NCBI GenBank assembly: GCA_015680685.1
Contig: MNCI01001941.1
Location: 802,834-866,833 of the forward strand
Length of the DNA: 64,000 bases
Direction: 5' to 3'
DNA from: Gnetum montanum
Taxonomy: Eukaryota; Plantae; Gnetophyta
Below are positions 13,761 to 25,308 of this stretch, piece after piece (position 1 is the first letter of the stretch; the number at the start of each line of letters is the position of its first letter). The notes under the pieces were generated by a model, which worked only from the letters and a program-made list of their open reading frames with translations, did no database searches and had not been told where the DNA came from. The translations under genes were made by a program, and so were the position numbers.

Positions 13761-15688
13761 TATTAGAATTGGAAATCTTGATTGCTAGAATGGAAAATTA
13801 AAAGATCCAAGCACTAAAATAGTTTTAACCCTAAGTCCCAAGGGCCTCTAGAAAATGAGACTTAAGGTATCATGGACAGCCTTGCTGATCACCCATAGAA
13901 TTATGAATTGTAAAATGGAAGTGATTTTGAAATTGTAAATGTAAATCGAAACATAGACAAAAATAGCCTATTGAAAATGTAGATAGAAATGGCCTATTAA
14001 AAATGGTAATAGAAAATGAAATTACATTTATAGAAATAAGTGTAGAGATAAAACAAAACCAAAATTTGAACAACAAAAACCAACAAATTTATAAAAGAAT
14101 ATAAAAGAGGTTGAGTTCATGATGTACAAGTTTATGCCAAGGGCACAGGAATTTGCTCACCAAAGCTTGAAGTCCATTGGAGAAGGCTACCTCCACAATC
14201 TAGTTCCTTTCTAGTTTCAACCTACTATAACTTTCCATCAGTTTTCACCTAGTCAAGTATGTGGGGATGGGATTTTCATTGCACTTTTGGCACAATGAAA
14301 ATCATATGGAAGTCTTTGTGCCTAGCATAGTCCCAATTTCTACCATCAAACAACACTACCGAGTGAGGATGTGATAGCTACAATGGGTTTTGTTGGCTAC
14401 CAATGGAGATAGAAATGGGATAGGGTCTACAATTTCAGCAAAAATGACAATTACATGGAGGTGTTTATGCCTAGCATAGTGCTAGTTTCTACTACTGAAA
14501 ATTGTAGTTGGACTACAAATGGGTTTGATGGATGATGGATGTGGTTACTACCACATAGAATGCAAAGTGCCAAAGTTTGGAACCACTATATGGAATGACA
14601 AGTGTTGAGATTCAAAACTACTGGATGTGACGTCAATGCAAAATTTTTGAATTGTTGTATGTAATGCCAATGCAAAATTTCTGAATATTGTAAAGGTTGC
14701 AAAATGTCAAAGTTCAGAACCACTATATGGAATGCCAAGTGCCAAGATTTAGAACCATTGTATGTGATGCTAATGCAAACTTTTGAAACCTTGAAATGGT
14801 GTTAATGTTGGATTTTTATAAGTTAGGATTTTCATTTTTGGGACTACCATTGATTGCTAATAAATTGGTGTTGATTATGGGTTGCAGTGATTACTATTGC
14901 TAGCATATTCAACCAACTATTGTCAGCATAGTCAGCCAACTACTACCAATGTAGTCAGTCAACTACTACTCAACATAGTCATCCAACTATTGTTACCGTA
15001 GTTAGCCAACTACTACCATCATAGTTAGGTAACTATTGCCAGCCTAGTTGGTATTTATAGTAAGTCCATAATGGACTACATCCATAAAAATCATCCATTT
15101 ACTATAAATAGTAAATACGCATTTGTAACAATGCTGAAGGCTTTTGAAATGGAAAAAAAATGGTAGAAAAAAAGACAAATAAAAACTATAGAAATGGTGA
15201 AACTTGTTATGGAAAGTGTTTTTTATACTAGCCATTGTTGGCTTGGGATGACTATGTTGGTTTTTTTTTTTTTTGAAGAAGTGGTCATTCTCACAATTTT
15301 AATGTTGCACTTCTACCAAGTCTTCATAGTAACTATGTTAACTACTATAGCTACTATGGCCACTATGACTGCTATAGCTATTGAGCCAACTAAGCGTACT
15401 GAAAATGGCTCCAATGTAGTTGTGGCTATACCACTACAAAAACTCATGAAAATGCCATTTTTAGCTATTCCAAAGGCATTTTTGGCTTTCCCAGGCCCAG
15501 ATATGGTTGTGGAATACCTATTTCTAGTTGGGAAATGAGGTAATAATAACTTTTGAAGTAGTTTTTAGCCCCAAAAAGTTGAAATATGCAAGATTGTAGC
15601 CTATGTACTACATATTTTACATTTACAATGGAACTTTGCCTCCAGGTAAAAATGTGGGATTTACAACATGAATTTTGGTGGTGTTTCA
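13761..15688 (-). repeat. 3' LTR of element A (~1.9 kb) with internal tandem repeats
   Basis: Both ends homologous to B LTRs; ~24-bp repeats at ~14900-15050 and longer repeats at ~14560-14790. Confidence 0.75.
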
Positions 15689-16040
15689 TTGGCCCCTCTT
15701 TGTTGATGTTTGGAGGATTAACCTGAGAGACATTAACAAAGAATACAAAATATCACTATAGGTCCATCACCAACGTCTTTCCTCTATGCTTGATTCAATA
15801 GTATCAAACCATGCTCAAGAGTGTTCATGATGATGGAGTAAGGCTATGATGATGAAATAGTAATGAGATCATGAAGAAATGGTCATGAAGGCTAAAAAAT
15901 ATTGGTCAAATAGTTCAAGATATGCACTTCATGTTTAGAAGTATGGTTTGCTTAGAAGATGTGTTTGAAGAACCAACACTTCATTCCAAGGCAATGTGCT
16001 CCTTACCAAGGCTAATTTTGATATGATTTTCCTAATGAGT

Positions 16041-16241
16041 GAGATATGTTACACTCAATGGACCTAGGGTTTTCCCATCAAGTGAGGTGTGTTACACTTG
16101 ATGGACTTAGTGTTTTCCCACTAAATGAGATGTGTTACATTCAAGTGGAATTGGGGTTTTTTCATCAAATGAGGTATCTTACACCTGATGAACTTAGCAT
16201 TTTCCCACTAAACAAGATGTGTTACATTCAAGTGGACTTGG
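16041..16241. repeat. Tandem repeat, ~43-44 bp x ~5, in the 3' UTR of A
   Basis: GAGATGTGTTACAC..GGACTTAG..TTTTCCCA units start at 16041, 16084, 16127, 16171 and 16214. Confidence 0.85.
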
Positions 16242-16730
16242 AGGTGGAGCACAAAGAAGGGATGTCATATGGCCATGATGCATGAGTGTCAACATAGGTC
16301 ATCATTATTGCTCAAGATACAGAATGTTATAATTATGTTATAAATTCAAGCTCAAAGAAAATGATGTGGAACATGCACTCTTGGATAAATTTACCGAATC
16401 TTGCACATCAAGGTTATGTGATGAATTGCTATCATGATGAGTTGCACTCTTGTGATGGCTCAAGGCTTCATCCTATGAACATAGCTCCAAGAGAACTAAA
16501 AAACTAGAGAGATAAATCATGTTCTTACAATGAGGTACATTGAGCCATGTAGGATGATTCAACAAATCTAACCACCTAAAGTCACGTGTTGCTAGTTGAA
16601 GGGCCTAGTAGGCTGCATTGTAGATTTAAGACCTCAATAGGCCAAGGTGCTAGTTTAGGATCATAGAGAACCATAGAGATTAGGCTCACTTATTTATATT
16701 CATCAATATTATGGATACTACAAGCTACAT

Positions 16731-19700
16731 TTAGTATGGTTTGAGATAGGAATGATTGACCATATTGGCCAACTTATTCCCATCCATGTCTGCTATCTAG
16801 TAGGTTCCATTGTTGTAGGCCTTAGTGATAAAGAAAGGTCCTTCCTAGGTGGCTGAGAATTTGTCTACATGCTCGCGAATGATCTTAAGGACTAGGTCTT
16901 CCTCCTTCCACTTGCACTTACCCAAGTTATAATGGTATTGGTTTTTCTACCTATCTTAGTAGCACTCAATTTGAGCAAGTGTTCATCCCTATTGCTCCTC
17001 CACCGAGTCTAGGTCCATGGTTCATAACTCCTTGTTCTACTCATCATTGATGAAGTTGGATAAGGCTACTCTGAGCAATGGTACCTACAATTCAATAGGT
17101 AAAACAAATTTATAACCATAAACAAGACTCTAAGGGGTCATGCCTATTGTGATATGGTATTTTATTCTATAGGCCTAGATTGCATGGACAAGCCATTCAT
17201 GCCATTTGCAGCTGCTATTATTGAGTAGATTTTTGAGCAAGTTGATGATGGCCTTGTTGCTTGCTTTGTCTTATCCATTGGCCTTAGGGTAATAATGTGG
17301 CAAGAAACAGTGCTTAAATTGTAGGTCATGATAGAATTTTTTGTTTCCTGGCTACTAAACTATGATCCATTGTCTATGACTATGGTCTGAGGTATACCAA
17401 AATTGGCCAATATGTTATCTACGATAAATTCATAGACTTGTTCAGATGTAGTTTTCCTTAATGGAATAGCTTCAATCCACTTAGTAAAGTATTTAGTTGC
17501 AATAATGATGAAGCTATGCCCTATAGAAGACTTAGGCGTTATAGGTCCAATGATATCCAACCCCCACCATTGGAATGGCCAAGTAATATAAGTGGTGTGT
17601 AACTCAATTGGTGGTACATGTATGAGGTTGCTATGTTGTTGGCATGTGTCATACGTTTTGACCTTCTACAAGAAATATTTTTTCATATAAGGCCAATAAA
17701 AACCTAATCATCTAATCTTAGTGGCCATGGCTCTAGGTCCTATATGTCCACCACAAACACCCTCATGAACCTACTCTAGGATTGTTCCAACTTTAACTCT
17801 ACCCAAGCACTTAAGCAATATGTGATCATAGGATCATCGACATAATGTGTTATCACCTATAATGACATATTATTTTGATCATTTACGTACAACTTTCTTT
17901 TAAGTAGTGGTTAAGCCTTGTGAATATTTACCATGCATAATATAAAACTATATATCTTCATACCACTCCTTTACAAGGGTAGTATGAACTACGACCACAA
18001 AGGTATCCTTAGTAGTCTGTGTGATGGGAATAGTACAATCCATGGTTAAGATGGATAACTTTCTAAACACATCTAGTGTAACATTGAGGGCTAGCATCAC
18101 AATGGCATTAGCTATAGAATTTTAGTTTTGGGCTATATGTTGGATATCAGCATCTGCAAATTGTTGCAATAGTTGTTTTTCTAAGTCACAATAAGGTTGT
18201 AAATGTTTGGCTTTGCATGAATAAACCTTAGTTACTTGGTTGACCATTAGTTGTGAATCACCCTTGATTATCAAACACTTAATTCTTAGGTCATCTGCTA
18301 TAGTTATTCCTCTTATTAAACCCTCATACTACACTGTGTTATTGGTGCATGGAAACTCAAAACAATAGGTGAAGTGTCAAATTTCACTAGATAGAAATGT
18401 TATAATGGTAGTAATAGTAGCCCCATAGGTAGTTGAAGCTCTATCAAAGTGTATGACTACCTCATAGCCCTCAAGCACTTGGCTAATGGTGTTAACATGT
18501 TCATCAGAGAAGTCAGGGGTCTATGGTTGTTTGACCATCAATAGGAGAAACTATAAGTTATGCAGCTATAGCTTGACCTTTTGTTGAAGATTAAGAAATG
18601 TAATAAAGGTTGAACTTCGCTATTATGGCTCTCCATCAAGCTATACAGCTACTCTAGTAAATATTTATCATTATGGCTCTAAGTATGTTGACTTTGCAAA
18701 TGAGGTTGACTTGGCTTCTGAAGAGGTCATGTCTCCACTTCTTTAATAAGAAGACTAGTACTAGAAAATACTTCTCTACTTTAGTGTATCATGTCTCATG
18801 GGCAACTAATGCATGGCTAAGGTAGTATACTAACATTTCTACTCCATCATCATATTTTTGACAAAGTAAAGAGGCAATGGAGATGTTAGAGATGGCAAGA
18901 TAGATGTAAAATGATTTACCCTCTTATAGAGGATAGACTATTTTTGGTTGTGCTAATTCTTGCTTAAGGTTTTCAAAGGCTTCTTGGCATTGATTTTTCC
19001 ACTCATAGTGAGTCCATTTCTTAAGCAAGTGTTGCATAGGTTGTAGCTTATCCATAATCCTAACAATAAATCTATGAATAAATTATAGTCTACCTTGTAA
19101 TGCTGAAAGCTCATTAAGATTAGTAGGAATTGCTAACTTGGATATGGCCTTAACCTTATTAGTATCAACATGAATCCCTACTTCAAACACTACAAAGCCA
19201 AACATCTTACTAGTTTTGACATGGAAGACACATTTCTTAGGACTAAGTCTAAGCTCATACTTGATGCATCATTTAAGCACAAGGTCTAGGTCATAAGCAT
19301 GGTCACTAGCCACCTTGGACTTAATGAATACATTGTCTATATAATCATTGAGTAATCCTAACATGTATTTACTAAAGATATACTTCACAACTCTTTGATA
19401 GATTGCTACTGCATTCTTAAGGCCAAATGGCATCATGGTATAGCAAAAGGTTCCCCAAGGGGTTATGAAGGTCATGCTAAGTTGGTGTTTTGGGTTGATT
19501 CTAATCTGGATGTATCCCAAGAACCCATCCATAAAGGAGAGCAAGGCATGTCTAGCCATAGTATCAATGAGTTGATCAATACTAGGTAAAGAAAAGTCAT
19601 CCTTGATGGTTGCCTTATTTAGGTCTTGGAAGTCAATGTAAAAATGGATACTTGTGTTTTTCTAGGAACTACCACAATGTTGGATATCCATTCTACATAG

Positions 19701-20248
19701 TCAAAAACTCTAATGAAACCAACTTAGTATAGCTTTGTAAGTTCATCACAAACTACCAAGGCTAAGTCTGGTCTAATCTTATGCACTTTCTGCTTAACTA
19801 GTTTAATGCCAGGATCAAGTCTGATGTTGTTTTGGACTAGACATGGGTCCAAACCCAACATATTGTCATATGATCAAGCATAGGCCTTAATGTTGTTCTG
19901 TAGAACCTTGGTGATATATTAAGCCTATTGAGATTCCAACAAGGAACTTAGTTTAAGGGTTTTCTCCTCACCACTATGTGTTGTGATAGGAATCTCAGCC
20001 AAAGAGTCTTTAGTAATGAAAATAGCCTGAAGGTCAAGGATTTTAACTAGGTCTTGAGGCCATTCTATAGGTTTTTCAATGGAGGCTATGTGGTTGACAA
20101 GACTCTCATGCTCAAGATCTAGACAATCAGGATTGATACATTGTTCAATATCACCATGAGGCCCACTCCGGCTCAAAGGCAAGAAAATTTTCTTCCAAAT
20201 GTACATACTTCAATCTTGCATATCAACCATAAGCACATTAATTTGCAC
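16731..20248 (-). pseudogene. pol: reverse transcriptase, RNase H, additional archaeal-type RNase H, integrase
   Basis: SFMDGFLGY.QI, FITPWGTFCY..MPFGLKNA, YIDN (RT); HFDRAS, CTNN..YE, GDSQLMVNQV (aRH, ~18050-18460); VHEGVCGGH, WPFQWWGLDIIGPI, YFTKWIEAIP, FGIP..IVIDNG, KFSAT*EGPF (INT). Confidence 0.92.
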
Positions 20249-20639
20249 CTAGGTAAAAATAAGTAAATCATCCTAAAATGATATAAAATGCTTTGGTAAC
20301 CATGTAAACATATGCGATTCTAATGACAAATAAAAATGAAAACAAGGTCAACCAAGGCCATAATAGATAAATAATGACTAATGGGATTAAATAAAGGCTA
20401 CATAAGGTTCATCAAGGGCCATGATAGAGAAAATAAGGTGAACATGATAAAATAGAAAGTTGCATGAAGGTTGTATAAAGTCAATTGATGATAAAGAAGG
20501 TCAACAATGAAAAACAAGGCTAAAAACAAGGTTGAATTTATGAGAATGTAATACATATGGTAAAAATTCGTTGATAGTAGTCAAACAAGGTTAGATTTTG
20601 CCAGTTTTAGGCCTTAGCGGGCCATGGTATGGGGCTACA

Positions 20640-21885
20640 AGATTGCTCGAGGAGTTTGGACACATAATGAGGCTATTCTAGAGTTGTTTTGAAGGAAAAG
20701 AACGACACTTTTGTTTGGACTACATCGAGCCCTATTGGGGACTATGGTGGTCTAGTGTAGTCTTGCCTTCTTCCAACATACTTAACTTTTATGGGCACTT
20801 TATAAGGCTTGGTATGGTTAATTTTGAGCTTCTAGTGGTCTAAAAAACTAGCATAGGGGATAGGTATTAAATATTAATAAGCATGGACATCATTTTAGCT
20901 TCACAAATAGTTGAAAATCTTAGTTTTAGAGGTGACTATGCTAAGCTATTAGGCCACAGCATAGTCTAAAGGAGTGATTGATTTTGGACAATTTCCATGA
21001 TTGATATAGACTAAAATTCACATCTAGGGATCATGGGAACAAGGTTTTGTTCATTTTGAATCAATTTTGGACCATTTTGAGTTACTTACTATCAGTTTTC
21101 GTTGCCACATTTTCCCTCTCAAGTGGGACTACGTTGGCCCAACATAGTCCCTAGTTTCCTCATCATAGTTAGGAGTTGAAAATGAATTTTGGTTAATTTC
21201 AGGGCTAGATCGATCATCCTAATGGGCTTTTGGGATCACTAGTGTCATCAACTAGAGTTTTGATGCAAAAATTTCTAGTCTTCATGCCTATTTAGGCCTT
21301 GGATGGTTAGATACCATGGGACTATATTGAGCATGCAATTCCAAATGTAGTTAAGGATTCTAGATGAGAAAAGGCTAAACGAGAATTGATCTTGGATTTT
21401 TTTCCAAGATTCTATGGTTTACACATGTTCCAACAGAGTTTTGGATCTTTCCAAGAGTCAATTTAGGTAATCCTAAAGCTATTTTGGTCATTCCCAAGTG
21501 GACTACACTATGCTTGGACAAAGACTACATTGGCCTAGCAGAGTCAAAATCTTTCCTTTAATGTAGTGACATTGAAAAAGCTAAACAACTAAGTTTCATG
21601 GCTAAATTAAACTTCAAGGATTCCTAGGACTACTAAAAGTTGATTTTTAATAATTTTGGACAATTTTATGGAGACTACATTGGACTTGGAGGCAGACTAC
21701 ACTAGCCTAGCATAGTCCTAGAATTCCTTAGCATAGTCATGGCTTCCATGATCAAACATGATTAGAAAAAGTTCATTTCATGGTGAGACAAGCTTTGGTG
21801 ATGCTTTAGAGTTCATCAGAAGTGAATTTTGTGTCTTTCTAACAACTTGGTGTGGACTACGTTGGGCTATGTGATTTTCTTGAAA
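20640..21885. repeat. Degenerate ~190-bp-period array with GGACTACGCT..AGCGTAGTCC palindromes, similar to 43310-44600
   Basis: Palindrome variants at ~20739, 21126, 21522 and 21695; partial sites at ~20933, 21319 and 21854. Confidence 0.7.
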
Positions 21886-22349
21886 TCTTGACTATTCTTT
21901 CCTTCCCATCATTTGAAGCTCTAAAATTTTCAAAAATCATATTTTCTAAACTCCATTAAAATCTTTGTACTAATTCAAGCTTGGCTTCTTTATAAAAGGT
22001 CACACAACCATCCATGTTGTGATTCTTTCAATATGCTAATATATATGGTTCAAAAGAAGAACTTCTATAAGAATTGTTTTTCTTATAAATACCTTTGTAT
22101 CCCATATTTTCCAAATCTAGTTGGAATTCATATATAAATTCTCATGGTAAGACTTCTTGTAGGCATAAAACATTAGCATCCAAATCTTGTAACTTTCCTA
22201 AAATGCATGGGTATTGATATTCATGCCAATTCAAGGCAAATGATGTACATAGTGGATGTTGCTTCTTACTTAGTAAGGATCTTGCAAGCACATTATATTT
22301 TGTAACTTCCATTCTCATTCTTGGATTTTTCTTTAATCATTTCTATTTA
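21885..22349 (-). pseudogene. CCR4/nocturnin-family deadenylase (EEP domain) pseudogene fragment, intronless
   Basis: Manual translation from 22300 down: KYNVLARSLLSKKQHPLCTSFALNWHEYQYPCILGKLQDLDANVLCLQEVLP*EFIYEFQLDLENMGYKGIYKKN...MDGCVTFYKEAKLELVQRF. Confidence 0.85.
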
Positions 22350-22354
22350 CTAGT

Positions 22355-24100
22355 TGTTGATGTCAAGATCTCCCATGTTAGGCATGGAGCCATGATCAAC
22401 AAGTCTAATCCCCTGGCACCAAGCACAAAGAAAGTTAATTTGTACAAGCATGTCTAAGGGCCTAATTCATAATGATGAGCTTGTGGCAATAGTTACATTG
22501 CCATACCATGATGGCATGGACATAACGGTTCAGGTGGTGTAGAATGTGGGTTATGTAATGACCATAGAGGTGGCATAACTAATAGTGGTGGTGAACATGG
22601 TGCAAGTTATGTTTAGGTGATGCCTAGATGTATGTGTGGTGGTGGTGTAACTGATGATGCATCACTCTCAAGCATTACAGAAGTTGCATAAGAAATTAGG
22701 TGGTGGATGTAACTAATGCAGGACATAGACATTTAAGCACCCAAACAAGTGGCTATAAAAGTAGAGGAGTAGACGTTATGGGGATAGAAAGGGTGGCTTC
22801 ATTTCTCTCTAGTGCAATGACATGGTTCCATATGGTAGGCAGCACCTACAGCCTCCCCTCTTTTTCTTGCAATAGTAGGGCATACTATAGATGGTTGCAA
22901 GCAAGGGACTCTTAGCACTAGTGGGGGTTGAGCAATAGGTGGTGGGTGAATCATCTATCGAGGACTCCCCTATCTACAGGAAACTAATAGACAATGATTT
23001 CTCTTTCTTTGGCATTTTTCATTGACTAGCCTCTCCCCTCTCTAGCAAGGAACATGATAGTGATGATCATGATAGTAATGGCAGCACATGGCAATTATAG
23101 CCGATGACAGCAAGCAACCTTCCTATGTAATGCATGACAGGTGGTGAGCTTCAAAGGCAACAATGGAAGATGCAAAAGTGTATGCAAAAACATGTTAGTA
23201 ATAGTAGGGCATGTGGTAGGCTATGGTAGGCCTCCGATTTCTAGAGTAGTAGCCAAGAAACCTACGATGATGGCAGTACTCATAGCAACTATAGAAACAA
23301 CAATTGGTGGCCTCTCTTCTAGCTATGGGTGATGATGGCGGTGGTAGTGTCAGCCATGCATTAGAAGTAATGGGTCACGTGAGGTTCTATTTTTCTCTCT
23401 AATGGTAGAGGTAATGCACATGTGTAGAAGACTAGGTGTATGGCATGTCGGTCCCTAAGTACAAGTGCATGTTATTCACTATGGTAGGCGGTCTCTCTCA
23501 ATGATGGTGAAACTGTAGTAGGTAGTCTTCTTGGATTTTTTGCCATCAACTAAAAGTGGGATGAGAAAAATGGCATCTATGATAGGCACATCTATGGTAG
23601 ACAGTAGCAAACAGTGGTAGGTGTACACTCTAAGTGGTAATGCAACGGTCTAGTATCTCCTCTCTCTAACAATGAATGTGGTAGATAGAATGGTATGCCT
23701 GCTAAGAAATAAAGGCTCTAAATGATGTGTTTGCAGCATGTGGAGTGGACAATAGTGACATATATATATATATCTCTCTCTCTCTCTCCCTCTCCTAGTG
23801 GCTACGAGTAGTGTTGGCTATGGCAGCATCCACGATGATGAGATAGCATGAACTGGCAGCAATAGTAGGGACCAAGGTAGTTACCTACTATATTTGCATG
23901 AATACTTGAAGTTCAAGATAGTTATCCTATTCAAATTCCCTAATTTTTTAGTTTAATTACCTTTTTTTAACATCACATGGCCCTCTCTAGTTGACATTAT
24001 TCCTGGGTTTCTATACCCATATGGCAGGCATCCTAGACAATAGTCTCCTCAAACAAGTTTTTTTCTCGATGTTGGTATGTCCAAAATTTACACCTCAACA
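22355..24100 (+). repeat. 5' LTR of D
   Basis: Colinear with 24479-25308 plus 38745-39716. Confidence 0.9.
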
Positions 24101-24478
24101 CCTTTTGGGTGTTAGAAGGAGGGCTTGACTCATTTTCTAATCCTATTTCAAAATTTATTTTTTTCACTAAAATCTCTATTTTTAGTCCTTGTTTTGGGAA
24201 AATCTTTTACTTTATTTTCTAATAATTTTTTAGCCCTTTTATATTCTAATCCCAAAATTTTGTTTCCTAAAATTTTCATTACCCAAGTCTCATCACCCAT
24301 CTCTAATCCTATTTCAAATTTCTAAACCTCTATTTTCCCAATTCCATTTTTAGATTTGTTTTTTGATGGTCCTTAATTAAGTCCTAACTTTTTCCTCTAT
24401 CTTCTGCATCTCATTTTAAGCTTTCTATGATTATGCTGTTCCTTGCACTTGGATGAAATTTCTAGTTTGGGGGCTAAG

Positions 24479-25308
24479 TGTTAATGCCAACATTGTCCAT
24501 GCTAGGCATGGGGCCATGATCAATAAGTCTAATTTCCTGGCATCGAGCACAAAGAAATTTAATTTGTATAAGCACATCTTGGGGCCTGATTCATAATGAG
24601 AAGCTTGTGGTAGTGGTTACATTCCCATATCATGATGGCATGGATCTAATGGCCTAAGTGATGTAGAATGTGCGTTACATAATGACTATAGAGGTGGTGT
24701 AACTGATGGTGGTGGTGCTAGAAGCTACGTTGGTGGTAACCGACGGTGGTGGAGAACATGGTGGAAGTTATGCTTGGGTGGTCCCTAGAGTTACGTGTGG
24801 TGATGACGTAACTGATGATCTGGTGGTCTTGGGCATTACAGAAGTTGTGTAATGGCCCAAGTGATGGGTGTAATCAAAGCAAGACATGGGCATTTAAGCA
24901 CCCAAATGGGCATCTATAAAAGCAAAGGAGTAGATATTGTGGGGATAGAAAGGATGGCCTTCTTTCTCTTTGGTGCAATGACATGATGCTAGATGGCGGG
25001 AAACACCTACAGCCCCCTCTCTCTCTTACAACAGTAGGGTGTGCTACAAACGATTATGGGGGAAAGCATGGGACTCTTAACATCAGTGGGGGGATGATAA
25101 ATAGATTGTAGGTGTATTATTTATCTAGGACTCCCCACTTTAAAGAAAACCAGTAGATAGTAGTTTCTCTTTCCTTGGCATATCATCATCAGCCAGCCTC
25201 TCCCCTCTTTGGCAAGGCATGTGATGGTGGGGATCACAACAACAATGATGGCACATTGCAAATACAACCAACAATACTAGGTGACCTTCCTATGTGGCAT
25301 GTGATAGG
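24479..25308 (+). repeat. 3' LTR of D, left part
   Basis: Matches 22355-~23140; broken by B at ATAGG. Confidence 0.9.

Larger units (their letters stand above)
13761..20640 (-). mobile_element. Tat/Ogre-type Ty3/gypsy element A, 3' half (RT-RH-aRH-INT, 3' UTR, PPT, 3' LTR)
   Basis: Pol motifs. LTR boundary GGTGGTGTTTCA plus TTGGCCCCTCTTT is identical to element B, and the other LTR end is homologous to B LTRs. Confidence 0.85.

Noticed and set aside
15044-15689. Hydrophobic short ORFs in A's LTR and similar ORFs in other LTRs
   Set aside because: Chance ORFs in AT-rich repeats; where LTR partners exist the ORFs are not shared.
21885-22349. LINE endonuclease or copia RT fragment
   Set aside because: YNVLA, ALNW, CLQEV and DGC.TFY fit CCR4-type enzymes and differ from the true L1 endonuclease at ~63040-63800.
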